64,000 nucleotides of DNA from assembly GCA_902601315.1 (NCBI GenBank), contig CACKMS010000004.1, positions 20,672 to 84,671 on the forward strand, given 5' to 3'. The position numbers and the translations under genes were made by a program. Source of the DNA: an uncultured Pelagibacteraceae bacterium (GTDB lineage Bacteria > Pseudomonadota > Alphaproteobacteria > Pelagibacterales > Pelagibacteraceae). The notes under the pieces were generated by a model, which saw nothing but the letters and a program-made list of their open reading frames with translations, was not told the origin of the DNA and ran no database searches. How positions within the stretch are numbered: position 1 is the stretch's first letter; the number at the start of each line of letters is the position of its first letter. Shown piece by piece: positions 1-9,537 of this stretch.

Positions 1-2
1 CC

Positions 3-278
3 TCAAACTCTTATTTTGATATTGAAGCAGATTACGACATAGGCAAAGTTGATCAAAATTATCTATATGATGTTTTATCTAAATTAGATCTTAATGGAGC
101 AGATGCATTATTTGTTTCTTGCACTGCCTTACCTGTTTTACCAATAATTGATAAATTAGAAAAAAAATTACAAACTACTGTATTATCAAGCAACCAGGCT
201 TTGATTTGGGACACCTTAGTTCAAATCAAAAAAAATAATTCAGTAGAGGGGTTTGGAAAATTATTCGAATCTAACTAG
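3..278 (+). CDS. eutA: Partial (5'-truncated) maleate isomerase / Asp-Glu racemase family protein, EutA-like
   Basis: Manual translation gives ...ADALFVSCTALPVLPIIDKLEKKLQTTVLSSNQALIW...GFGKLFESN*, with the family SCT and SSNQ motifs; TAG at 276-278 abuts the doeA ATG. Confidence 0.8.
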   Translation, partial: SNSYFDIEADYDIGKVDQNYLYDVLSKLDLNGADALFVSCTALPVLPIIDKLEKKLQTTVLSSNQALIWDTLVQIKKNNSVEGFGKLFESN

Positions 279-1448
279 ATGCTCTTTTCAAAAGAAGAAT
301 ATAAACAAAGATTAGATAAAATTAAAAAGATGATGCAAGAAAAAAGTATCGATCTTTTAATTTCTCATGACACTAATAATATGAATTACATAACAGGTTA
401 TGACGCCTGGTCTTTTTACTATGCTCAATGTGCAATCGTGCACATAGATGCAGAAGAACCTCTGTGTTTTGTTAGAGCCCAGGATGCTGGAGGAGCTTAC
501 ATAAAGACATATTTAAAAAATGAAAGTGTATTAGTTTATGATGAAAATTATATTCATAAATGGCCAAAACATCCTTACGATTATTTAGTTGAAATAATTA
601 AAGAGAAAAATTGGGATAAACTTTCCATTGGAGTTGAAATGGATGCCCACTATTTCACAGCGTTCTGTTATGAAAAATTAAAACAAGGATTACCCAACGC
701 TAAAATTAAAGACAGCGATAGATTAGTAAATTGGGCAAGATTAGTAAAATCTGATACCGAAATTAATTTTATGAAATCAGCTGCTAAAATATCGGAACTC
801 GGTATGAAAACAGCAATGGAAGTTATAAAACCAGGAGTAAGGCAATGTGATGCTGTTGGTGAAATACAAAAAACTTTATTTTACGGAACAAAGGAGTTTG
901 GTGGAGAATACTCAAGTATTGCAACTTTACTTCCAACTGGAAAAGGAACTTCAGCTTCACATTTGACTGCAACTCAAGATAAATTTGTAGAAGGGGAAGC
1001 AACAATCGTTGAATTATCTGGTGTTTATAAAAGATACCATGCTCCAATGGCTAGAACTGTATTACTTGGAAAACCCAATCGATTAAAAATTGATACAATG
1101 AATAAAACAATAGAGGCGTTGAATGCAGGTATTAGTGTTATCAAACCAGGAAACACCGCAGATGATGTTGCACAAGAATTTTGGAAAGTATTAGATAAAT
1201 ATGGAATAGAGAAAAAATCTAGAACTGGTTACTCAATTGGAATTGGTTATCCACCTGATTGGGGAGAACATACTTTAAATATATACAAAGGTGATATGAC
1301 AGTTCTTGAACCTAATGTTTGTTTTCACATGATTGCTGTAATGCAGTTTGGTGATTGGGGTGTTGAAGCATCAGAGTCAATAAGAGTAACGGAGAATGGT
1401 TCTGAATTATTCTGCAATTTTCCAAAAGAGCTACATATAAAGAGTTAA
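279..1448 (+). CDS. doeA: M24-fold ectoine hydrolase (DoeA/EutD)-like protein
   Basis: NYITGYDAWSFY, SASHLT, RTGYSIGIGYPPDWGEHT motifs characteristic of DoeA/EutD; follows eutA. Confidence 0.8.
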   Translation: MLFSKEEYKQRLDKIKKMMQEKSIDLLISHDTNNMNYITGYDAWSFYYAQCAIVHIDAEEPLCFVRAQDAGGAYIKTYLKNESVLVYDENYIHKWPKHPYDYLVEIIKEKNWDKLSIGVEMDAHYFTAFCYEKLKQGLPNAKIKDSDRLVNWARLVKSDTEINFMKSAAKISELGMKTAMEVIKPGVRQCDAVGEIQKTLFYGTKEFGGEYSSIATLLPTGKGTSASHLTATQDKFVEGEATIVELSGVYKRYHAPMARTVLLGKPNRLKIDTMNKTIEALNAGISVIKPGNTADDVAQEFWKVLDKYGIEKKSRTGYSIGIGYPPDWGEHTLNIYKGDMTVLEPNVCFHMIAVMQFGDWGVEASESIRVTENGSELFCNFPKELHIKS

Positions 1449-1492
1449 TTAGCTATTGAAAATCATACCTACAAGTGTTTTAAATCCTGCTC

Positions 1493-2578
1493 ATGTCTAA
1501 AAACCAAGAATTCGTTAAGTTCGATAAAGTAGATAAAAGTTACGATGGTAAAGTTTTAGTTGTCAAAGATCTTAATTTAGATATTGCTGAAGGAGAATTT
1601 ATTACGATGCTTGGACCTTCAGGTTCAGGTAAAACAACATGTCTTATGATGTTAGCAGGATTTGAAACTCCTACTAATGGTGAAATTTATTTAGATGCTA
1701 ATCCAATTTCCAACATCCCTCCACATAAAAGAGGCATTGGAATGGTATTTCAAAATTATGCATTATTTCCACATATGACAGTTTACGAAAATTTAGCATT
1801 CCCTCTAAAGGTAAGAAAAATTTCTAAAGACGATATAGATAAGAAAGTTGACAAAGCTTTATCAATGGTTTCGCTATCTGGATTTGAAAACAGAATGCCA
1901 GCACAACTTTCTGGTGGTCAGCAACAAAGAGTTGCTGTTGCAAGGGCATTGGTTTTTGACCCAACGGTCGTTTTAATGGATGAGCCCTTAGGAGCATTGG
2001 ATAAAAATTTAAGAGAAAGTATGCAGTATGAGATTAAACATATTCACGAAAATATAGGTGTAACTGTGGTATATGTTACGCATGATCAAAGTGAAGCTTT
2101 AACAATGTCAAATCGTATTGCAGTTTTTAATGATGGTAAAGTTCAGCAATTATCGTCTCCTGATAAATTATATGAGGAGCCGGTAAATTCATTTGTTGCA
2201 GAATTTATCGGAGAGAATAATACATTTGGAGGAGAGATTATTGATCTTTCAAATGGCACATGTAAAGTAAAGTTAAGTCATGGAGAAATATTTGCAAATC
2301 CAATTTCAGTAAAATCAAAAGGAGATAGAACAACAGTTTCTATAAGACCTGAAAGAGCTTTAATAAATCCTGAAAATAAAATGGATAATAACCATGCTGG
2401 AACAATTGAAGAAGTAATTTATCACGGTGACCACACAAGAGTGAGATTAAATTTATTGGGTAATTCTGAATTTATTTTAAAAGTTCCAAACAGTTCAAAA
2501 AATTTAGATATTAAACTTGGGAATAAAATTAATATTGGCTGGAATAGCCAAGATGCTAGAGCATTAGATCCAAAATAA
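1493..2578 (+). CDS. potA: ABC transporter ATP-binding subunit, PotA family
   Basis: Walker A GPSGSGKT, LSGGQQQR, DEPLGALD, C-terminal TOBE-like region. Confidence 0.9.
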   Translation: MSKNQEFVKFDKVDKSYDGKVLVVKDLNLDIAEGEFITMLGPSGSGKTTCLMMLAGFETPTNGEIYLDANPISNIPPHKRGIGMVFQNYALFPHMTVYENLAFPLKVRKISKDDIDKKVDKALSMVSLSGFENRMPAQLSGGQQQRVAVARALVFDPTVVLMDEPLGALDKNLRESMQYEIKHIHENIGVTVVYVTHDQSEALTMSNRIAVFNDGKVQQLSSPDKLYEEPVNSFVAEFIGENNTFGGEIIDLSNGTCKVKLSHGEIFANPISVKSKGDRTTVSIRPERALINPENKMDNNHAGTIEEVIYHGDHTRVRLNLLGNSEFILKVPNSSKNLDIKLGNKINIGWNSQDARALDPK

Positions 2579-2687
2579 TTTACTCATTAACATTTATCAT
2601 AAAAATGAGCTGTTGACTTCGACGGTCCTATTTGTTGTAATTTTGGTTATATAAATTAATTTATAATAACGTTTAAACGGAGGAAAA

Positions 2688-3806
2688 ATGAAAAAACTTA
2701 GTAAATTATTACTTGCACTTTCTTTTGTTCTTTCAATAACTTCATCATCTTATGCAGTTACTATTGCATCTTGGGGTGGAGCTTATACTGAATCGCAAAA
2801 GTTAGGGTATGGTGATCCTACTGCTAAAAAGTTGGGCATTGATATAAACTGGGTAGATTACTCAGGTGGATTATCTGAAATTAAGGCTCAAAAAGAAGCA
2901 GGAGCAATTACTTGGGATATTATAGACTTATTCGCGTTCGATACTATCAACGGATGTGACGAAGGTTTATTTGTTGAATTTGATTTTGACAAAGATTTCC
3001 CAGCTGCTCCAGATGGAACGCCTGCAAGTGAAGATTTCTTCACTGGTATGCCAAGTAAATGTGCTGTAGGAAATATTTTATATTCATGGAACTATGCTTA
3101 TAACACTGAAAATGTTAAAGGTACTCCAAAGACTATTAAAGATTTCTTTAACACAAAAAAATTCCCAGGCAAAAGAGCTATCTACACAAGCGCTTTGACA
3201 AATTTAGAGATCGCTTTAGCTGCTGATGGTGTAAAAATGGGTAAAGGTGGAGAACTAATCTACAAAAGACTTGAGCAAGAGGGTGGAATAGATAGAGCAA
3301 TGAATAAGATCAAAAAACTTTGCACAGATCCAAACGGAGGATGTGTATTTTGGTCTGCTGGTGCTCAACCACCAGAATTATTGGTTTCAGGTGAAGTAGT
3401 AATGGCAACTGGCTGGAACGGAAGATTCTTTAATGCTGAAATAGGTGAAGGTGCACCGATCAAACAAGTATGGGATGGTCAAGGTCTTGACTATGAATAT
3501 TTCGCACTTGTTAAAGGTGGTCCAGATGAAGCGAATGCTAAGAAAGCTTTAGCAATGATGACTAACACTGAAATGTTAGCTGGAAGTGCTAAGTATATTG
3601 CATATGCACCTTGGAGAAAATCTTCTCTAGATATCATCAAAGCAGGTGAGCCATGGTACAAAGATGGTAAAACAGAAATGATGCCAAATATGCCAACTGC
3701 TAAATCAAATACTAAAAATTACTTTCTAGTTGACCCATTCTATTGGGCTGATAACGGTACTGAGATTGGTGAAAAATGGGAAGCAATGAAAGCAACTTTA
3801 AATTAA
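2688..3806 (+). CDS. potD: Periplasmic solute-binding protein, PotD/PotF-like family (substrate uncertain)
   Basis: Signal peptide ending SSYA, SWGGAY motif, WNGR motif; strong RBS GGAGG. Confidence 0.8.
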   Translation: MKKLSKLLLALSFVLSITSSSYAVTIASWGGAYTESQKLGYGDPTAKKLGIDINWVDYSGGLSEIKAQKEAGAITWDIIDLFAFDTINGCDEGLFVEFDFDKDFPAAPDGTPASEDFFTGMPSKCAVGNILYSWNYAYNTENVKGTPKTIKDFFNTKKFPGKRAIYTSALTNLEIALAADGVKMGKGGELIYKRLEQEGGIDRAMNKIKKLCTDPNGGCVFWSAGAQPPELLVSGEVVMATGWNGRFFNAEIGEGAPIKQVWDGQGLDYEYFALVKGGPDEANAKKALAMMTNTEMLAGSAKYIAYAPWRKSSLDIIKAGEPWYKDGKTEMMPNMPTAKSNTKNYFLVDPFYWADNGTEIGEKWEAMKATLN

Positions 3807-3840
3807 AAATTTAATTTAAAGAAAAATAAGATATATATTT

Positions 3841-3870
3841 AAGGGCGGTCTAAAAGCCGCCCTTTTTTTA
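3841..3870 (+). terminator. Intrinsic terminator / mRNA-stabilising hairpin after the SBP gene
   Basis: AAGGGCGGT-CTAAA-AGCCGCCCTT followed by a T tract. Confidence 0.85.
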
Positions 3871-3874
3871 TTTT

Positions 3875-5137
3875 ATGAGCAGCGAAACACAACAGATTTT
3901 AACGACTGATGGTATACCTCTTTCGGTAAGTTTGAAAAAAGCTGAAAGAAAAAATAAAATAAAAGCTTTTTTACTAGTCGTACCATTATTACTATTTTTA
4001 ATTATTACTTACATCCTTCCCATTGGTGATATGTTTATGAGAAGCATAGATGATAAGATGGTAACAAACATGTTACCTAAAACATTTACTGCGATGGAAA
4101 AATGGGATGGTAAAGAAATGCCACCAGAGGAAGTTTTTGTAGGATTTTACTCAGACTTTAAAATCTTAGTTAAAAATAAAGAACATGGAAAATTAGCCCA
4201 AAGATTGAATAAAGAAAAAAATGGATTTAACTCAATTATAAAAAAACTATTTAGACAAGTTCAAAGAAACAAAATTGACGAGGGGCAAAGTATTAAAGAA
4301 CAAATAATGAAAGTTCATAAAAGATGGAGAGATGTTGAATATTGGCAGGCGATAAAAAGAACAGCACCTCCTTATACAACTGCAAAATATCTAAAAGGTG
4401 TAGATATGTATTATGGTCCTGATGGAAATATTTTGCAGGTTGACGAGGACAGAAGAATTCATAGAATTTTATGGCTTAGAACTCTAGAAATTGCTTTCTT
4501 TGTAACTTTATTCAGTTTTTTAATGGGTTATCCGATTGCACATTTGCTTGCAACATTGCCTATGAAATACAGTAACCTTTTAATGATTTGTGTATTGTTG
4601 CCGTTCTGGACTTCATTGTTGGTAAGAACTGCTAGTTGGATGATTTTATTACAGCAGCAAGGAATTGTTAATGACTTCTTTGTAATGATTGGTCTTGTCG
4701 CAGACGATAACAGGCCAGAGATGATGTATAATAAAGTGGGCACCTATGTTGCAATGACCCAGATTTTATTGCCATTTATGGTACTTCCTCTCTATAGCGT
4801 TATGAAAACAATTTCACCGAGCTTAATGAGAGCTGGTAAATCTTTAGGCGGAACCCCGTTCGTTGCTTTTTGGAAAATATACTTCCCATTAACTATTCCA
4901 GGAATTGGAGCAGGTTGCTTATTAGTATTTATTCTTGCAATTGGTTATTACATAACCCCTGCATTAGTTGGAGGAGCCTCTGGAACATTGATTAGTAACC
5001 AAATTGCCTATCACATGAAGACAACATTAGATTGGAGTTTTGCATCTGCAATGGGACTAATGTTGCTAACAGGTGTTTTAGTTGTTTACTGGATTTATAA
5101 TAAATTAGTTGGAGTTGATAATATTAAATTAGGATAA
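3875..5137 (+). CDS. potB: ABC permease, PotB-like, with large periplasmic insertion
   Basis: LLPFWTSLLVRT, EAA-like loop, GYYITPALVGG. Confidence 0.88.
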   Translation: MSSETQQILTTDGIPLSVSLKKAERKNKIKAFLLVVPLLLFLIITYILPIGDMFMRSIDDKMVTNMLPKTFTAMEKWDGKEMPPEEVFVGFYSDFKILVKNKEHGKLAQRLNKEKNGFNSIIKKLFRQVQRNKIDEGQSIKEQIMKVHKRWRDVEYWQAIKRTAPPYTTAKYLKGVDMYYGPDGNILQVDEDRRIHRILWLRTLEIAFFVTLFSFLMGYPIAHLLATLPMKYSNLLMICVLLPFWTSLLVRTASWMILLQQQGIVNDFFVMIGLVADDNRPEMMYNKVGTYVAMTQILLPFMVLPLYSVMKTISPSLMRAGKSLGGTPFVAFWKIYFPLTIPGIGAGCLLVFILAIGYYITPALVGGASGTLISNQIAYHMKTTLDWSFASAMGLMLLTGVLVVYWIYNKLVGVDNIKLG

Positions 5138-5139
5138 TT

Positions 5140-5994
5140 ATGGCTTTACCAAAGTACACAGAAACACGTTATAGAGTTTGGCATTATTCTTATTTATTTA
5201 TTTGTGCGTGTGTTTTTATATTTTTAATAGCACCATTATTTGTAATTTTTCCATTATCTTTTAATGCAGAAGAATTTTTAGTTTTCTCTGAGGGTATGAA
5301 AAATTTAGACCCAGATGCTTTTTCACTAAGATGGTATAAAGACATGATCTATGGAACTAAAAACCCATGGGGTCTAGCTGCAAAAAATAGTTTCATCATC
5401 GCAATTTTTGCAACTATAGGATCAATCATATTAGGAACTCTCGCTGCTTTAGGTTTAAGTAGTAGATACATGCCTTATAAAGGAATTATCATGGCAACTT
5501 TAATTTCACCAATGATCGTTCCATTAATTATTTCTGGTGTTGCAATATTTTTCTTTATGGCAAAAGCTGGATTAGCTGCAACCCACACAGGAATAGTGCT
5601 AGCACATATTATTTTGGGAACACCATTTGTAGTAATAACAGTTACTGCAACTCTTACAGGTTTTGATCATAGTGTAACAAGAGCTGCTTCAAGCCTTGGA
5701 AGCAATCCTGTAAATACTTTTATGAAAATTACACTTCCATTAATTTTACCAGGTGTAATTTCAGGTGGATTATTTGCATTTGTTACATCATTTGATGAAG
5801 TGGTGGTTGTATTGTTTCTTGCGGGTTTAGAAAATACCACAATTCCAATACAAATGTGGACTGGTCTAAGAGAACAATTAAGTCCAACGATTTTAGCTGT
5901 AGCAACATGTTTAATTGTTCTATCAACTTTAATTCTTGTTAGTGCTGAACTTTTAAGAAGAAGATCTGAAAGATTAAGAGGAATTAATAGATAA
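5140..5994 (+). CDS. potC: ABC permease, PotC-like
   Basis: FSLRWY, SPMIVP, AASSLG, FVTSFDEVVV. Confidence 0.9.
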   Translation: MALPKYTETRYRVWHYSYLFICACVFIFLIAPLFVIFPLSFNAEEFLVFSEGMKNLDPDAFSLRWYKDMIYGTKNPWGLAAKNSFIIAIFATIGSIILGTLAALGLSSRYMPYKGIIMATLISPMIVPLIISGVAIFFFMAKAGLAATHTGIVLAHIILGTPFVVITVTATLTGFDHSVTRAASSLGSNPVNTFMKITLPLILPGVISGGLFAFVTSFDEVVVVLFLAGLENTTIPIQMWTGLREQLSPTILAVATCLIVLSTLILVSAELLRRRSERLRGINR

Positions 5995-6002
5995 AATTTT
6001 AA

Positions 6003-6881
6003 TTAGTCTTTTCCAACTAATTTTTCGTAACTTGAAGATAAATCTAAAATTAGATCACAAACTTCAAACTTATAATCTTGAATACTTGCAATGGGAGTTA
6101 TTTCGGCTGCTGTACCAGTAATAAAACATCCAGTAAAATTTTGTAATTCATCTGGTGAAATTTTTCTCTCATTAACTTTTATATTTTTAGACTTTGCAAT
6201 ATCAATTACTGTTTTTCTTGTAATGCCATCTAAAAACGAGTCTGGTATTGGAGTATTTAATTCATTGTTTTTATCTTTAAAAAAAACATTTGCACTTGTT
6301 GCTTCTGCAATATTTCCTTCATGATCGAGCATCAAAGAGTCTGTAAAACCTTTTTTTTCAGCTTCATGTTTGGACAATGTACAAATCATGTACAAACCTG
6401 CAGCTTTACTGTTCCAAGGAGATGAATTTTGTGGAGGTCTTTGCCATCTAGAAATATTTAACTTTATGCCTTTTTTCTTTAATTCTGGATCAAAATAGGC
6501 TGGCCAATCCCATATTGCTATTGCAACGTTTATCTTTGTTTTTTGTGCAGAAACACCCATCATCTCACTCCCTCTCCAAATAAAAGGTCTAATGTATCCA
6601 TTTACTATACCTTGGTTTTTTACAAGTTCCTTTGTTGCAATATTCATCTCATCTTCCGAATAGGGAACGTTCATATCCATGATATTTGCTGAGTGAAACA
6701 ATCTTTTTGTGTGTTCCTCTAATTTAAATATTTTTTTATTATAAATTCGAATACCTTCAAAAACTAAACTTGCGTAATGCATTCCATGACTAATTACATG
6801 CACTTTGGTATCTTGCCATTTAACAAGTTCACCATTAAACCAAATTTTTCCTGATCGTTTATCGAATGGGATATGTTCCAT
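6003..6881 (-). CDS. ilvE: Branched-chain amino acid aminotransferase (PLP fold IV)
   Basis: HYASLVFEG, YIRP, KAAGLY, EATSANVF, LDGITR, GTAAEITP. Start moved to the MEHIPF ATG at 6881. Confidence 0.9.
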   Translation of the reverse strand: MEHIPFDKRSGKIWFNGELVKWQDTKVHVISHGMHYASLVFEGIRIYNKKIFKLEEHTKRLFHSANIMDMNVPYSEDEMNIATKELVKNQGIVNGYIRPFIWRGSEMMGVSAQKTKINVAIAIWDWPAYFDPELKKKGIKLNISRWQRPPQNSSPWNSKAAGLYMICTLSKHEAEKKGFTDSLMLDHEGNIAEATSANVFFKDKNNELNTPIPDSFLDGITRKTVIDIAKSKNIKVNERKISPDELQNFTGCFITGTAAEITPIASIQDYKFEVCDLILDLSSSYEKLVGKD

Positions 6882-6886
6882 TAATG

Positions 6887-8011
6887 TTACTGAACAGTTT
6901 CTATGATAGTAGCAATACCCATACCCAATCCTATACATTGGGTAGATAATGCGTATTTTTTATTTTCTCTGATCAATAGCTCAGATGCTTTACCTGTAAT
7001 TCTTGATCCAGTTGCACCCAATGGGTGACCTAAAGCTAGAGCACCACCATCTAAGTTTACTTTTTTAAGATCAATTCCTAAATCTTTCACACATGCAATT
7101 GATTGAGATGCAAAAGCTTCATTAATCTCGACAATATCTATTTTATCAATTGTTAAGTTTGCTCTTTGTAAAGCTTTTTTAGATGCACCAATTGGTCCCA
7201 AACCCATATAATCTGGCTTACAACCTTCAACAGCAGTAGATACAATTCTACCTAAAATTTCTAAATTGTTTTCTTTTGCGTAATTTTCTTCACATATTAA
7301 AACTGCAGATGCTCCATCTGTCAGTGGTGAAGAAGTTGCAGCTGTTACTGTACCTTCTTGATCAAAAGCTAATTTTAATCCGTCTAATTTTTCTTGTGTG
7401 CTGTTCGGTCTTATATTTCCATCAACATCACAATCACCTATTGGAACAATTTCATTTTTAAACTTTCCACTTGATTGAGCTTCATGTGCTTTTGTATGAC
7501 TTTGAATTGCAAACTCTTGTTGTTCTTTTCTTGAAATATTATATTTTTTTGCAACATTTTCAGCAGTTGTGCCCATTGAAAAATAAACATTAGGATTATC
7601 TTTGCCGTAATAAGGATATGGTAAAGAGTCAAATCCAGTATTTACTCTAGTCATACTTTCGACACCTCCACAAATAAAAACCTTTCCTGAACCCATTGCA
7701 ATCTTTCCAGCGGCAATATGAATTGCTTCCATCGATGAGCCACACCATCTGTCAACAGTCATGCCAGATGTTTGAATTTTCATATCTGTAAGAAATGTAA
7801 CTAATTTTCCAATGTTAAAACATTGTTCACCTACTTGGAATGCGCAACCAATAACAATGTCTTCAATATCTTCTTTATTAATTTTTGATTTAGCAACGAG
7901 ACTTTTTACAACTTCTGCAAGCATGTTTACTGGCTTAACATCAATAAGCGCACCTTTTCTTGCCATTGTAAAAGGGGATCTTGAGTAACCTGCGATAACT
8001 GCTTTAAACAT
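6887..8011 (-). CDS. fadA: Acetyl-CoA C-acyltransferase (thiolase)
   Basis: RWCGSS (catalytic Cys), NEAFA, GHPLGATG, CIGLGMG. Confidence 0.92.
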   Translation of the reverse strand: MFKAVIAGYSRSPFTMARKGALIDVKPVNMLAEVVKSLVAKSKINKEDIEDIVIGCAFQVGEQCFNIGKLVTFLTDMKIQTSGMTVDRWCGSSMEAIHIAAGKIAMGSGKVFICGGVESMTRVNTGFDSLPYPYYGKDNPNVYFSMGTTAENVAKKYNISRKEQQEFAIQSHTKAHEAQSSGKFKNEIVPIGDCDVDGNIRPNSTQEKLDGLKLAFDQEGTVTAATSSPLTDGASAVLICEENYAKENNLEILGRIVSTAVEGCKPDYMGLGPIGASKKALQRANLTIDKIDIVEINEAFASQSIACVKDLGIDLKKVNLDGGALALGHPLGATGSRITGKASELLIRENKKYALSTQCIGLGMGIATIIETVQ

Positions 8012-8037
8012 TTTTTTAAATAAATTTTTATATATTT

Positions 8038-9183
8038 TTATTGAGGAAATGGCAAAGTGGTAATAGTTCCACTCTTTTTTTCTCCATTTAACATTCGGAC
8101 AATAATATTTTCACCAATCTCCCAATAGTCTTTTAAAATCATGGATAAACCAATATTCTTTTTTATTCTAGGAGAGTAGATACCAGAAGTTATTTGTCCA
8201 ATTTTTTTATTTTCATTAGATAAAACTGGTAATGGTTGACCAATTCCAGTTAAAGGCTCTCCATCAAATAATATTCCTCTAATTTTTTGCTTAACTCCAT
8301 TTTTTTGAATTTTTTGTAGTGCTTCTTTTCCAATAAAATCATGATCATCTTCAGTTTTGCAATATTTATCTAAATTACATTCAAGAGGATTGTTTTCACT
8401 GTTGAAATCATTTCCATAAGACATCAGTCCTCCTTCAATTCTATCAATCAAGTTAGGACAACCAGGTGATATATTATATTTTTGACCAGCTTGCCATAGG
8501 GTCTTCCAAAGTACCTCACCCATTTCAACATTATTAAAATGCTTATCATGAGTTTTAAAATATATTTCAAATCCATCTTGTTTACTATAACCGGATCTTG
8601 CGATGATTTGTTTTGTTCCCATAAAATCCATAACTCTGTAATTAAAAAACTTTATTTTTTTAATATCTTCTCCAAAGACTGACACCATTAGATCCTCAGA
8701 TTTTGGTCCTTGAATTGCCAGTGGGTATACATCTGGTTCTTCAATATTCACATCAAGGTTTAAACCTATCGCATATCCTTTTGCCCATAACAAAATGTCT
8801 GAATCTGCAATAGAGATCCAGAACATGTCATCATCTAGTTTTAACAATACAGGATCATTAATCATCCCAGCACTTTCATTTAGTATTGGAATATAAAAAC
8901 ATTTTCCAGTTTCCATTTTTTGAATTGAGCGAGGCGTTAATTTTTGAACAAGTTTAGATGCATCTGGTCCACTTATTTGAACTTGTCTTTGACAAGACAC
9001 ATCCCATATTTGAACATCTTTACTTAAATGCCAATAATCTGTTTCAACTGTATTTTTAAATCCCTTTGGAAGTAGCATGTGATTTACTACTGTAAAATCA
9101 GAAACTCCATGCTCTTCAACCATATTTGTGTAAGGAGTTCTTCTTATTCTTCGTGACATATTTAATTTAATATTTTTTGACAT
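8038..9183 (-). CDS. dmdA: DMSP demethylase (DmdA)-like THF-dependent methyltransferase, GcvT family
   Basis: SRRIRRTPY, NHMLLP, WDVSCQRQV, NDPVLLK, WISIADSD, RSGYSKQ, GCPNLIDRIEGGLMSYGND closely resemble DmdA. Confidence 0.75.
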   Translation of the reverse strand: MSKNIKLNMSRRIRRTPYTNMVEEHGVSDFTVVNHMLLPKGFKNTVETDYWHLSKDVQIWDVSCQRQVQISGPDASKLVQKLTPRSIQKMETGKCFYIPILNESAGMINDPVLLKLDDDMFWISIADSDILLWAKGYAIGLNLDVNIEEPDVYPLAIQGPKSEDLMVSVFGEDIKKIKFFNYRVMDFMGTKQIIARSGYSKQDGFEIYFKTHDKHFNNVEMGEVLWKTLWQAGQKYNISPGCPNLIDRIEGGLMSYGNDFNSENNPLECNLDKYCKTEDDHDFIGKEALQKIQKNGVKQKIRGILFDGEPLTGIGQPLPVLSNENKKIGQITSGIYSPRIKKNIGLSMILKDYWEIGENIIVRMLNGEKKSGTITTLPFPQ

Positions 9184-9198
9184 AGTTTTATGTTTTTA

Positions 9199-9534
9199 TT
9201 ATTTAGACCACCAAATAGAATATCCATTTGGTGAAATAATAATTGGTATATGATATTTTTTATTAGGATCTTCCATTCTAAATTTTACTGATATTTCTGA
9301 AACTATTTTTTTCTCTGAGAAGTAATCCGCAGTTTTGCAAATCATCTCGTAATCACATTCGCAATCTTCTTTTGATAAATCAAAATCTTTCAGAATTCTT
9401 CCATCTTTACTAGTTTCAGTTTCAAAGAAATTTTTTTTATCTCCATTAGAATTTATCTGATGAATTATAACTTTAACTCCTTCTGCATGAGTGCCGTTTA
9501 CTGAGTTTAAAAGATGAGAGGATAAAGTTGCCAT
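9199..9534 (-). CDS. Transthyretin-like / 5-hydroxyisourate hydrolase family protein (atypical C-terminus)
   Basis: LSSHLLN, DGRI, YHIPIIISPNGYS; ends WWSK rather than YRGS. Confidence 0.8.
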   Translation of the reverse strand: MATLSSHLLNSVNGTHAEGVKVIIHQINSNGDKKNFFETETSKDGRILKDFDLSKEDCECDYEMICKTADYFSEKKIVSEISVKFRMEDPNKKYHIPIIISPNGYSIWWSK

Positions 9535-9537
9535 AAT

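Noticed and set aside
2646-2679. Palindromes TATAAATTAATTTATA and CGTTTAAACG upstream of potD
   Set aside because: Mostly AT-only and plausible by chance; no recognisable riboswitch consensus.
6882-6938. N-terminal extension of ilvE in the ORF track
   Set aside because: It overlaps the thiolase 3' end; the protein-like sequence begins at MEHIPF (ATG 6881).
9184-9198. Possible SAM-V riboswitch upstream of the dmdA-like gene
   Set aside because: The spacer is only 15 nt. I did not recognise SAM-V, glycine or TPP riboswitch consensus in any spacer, though no covariance search was run.
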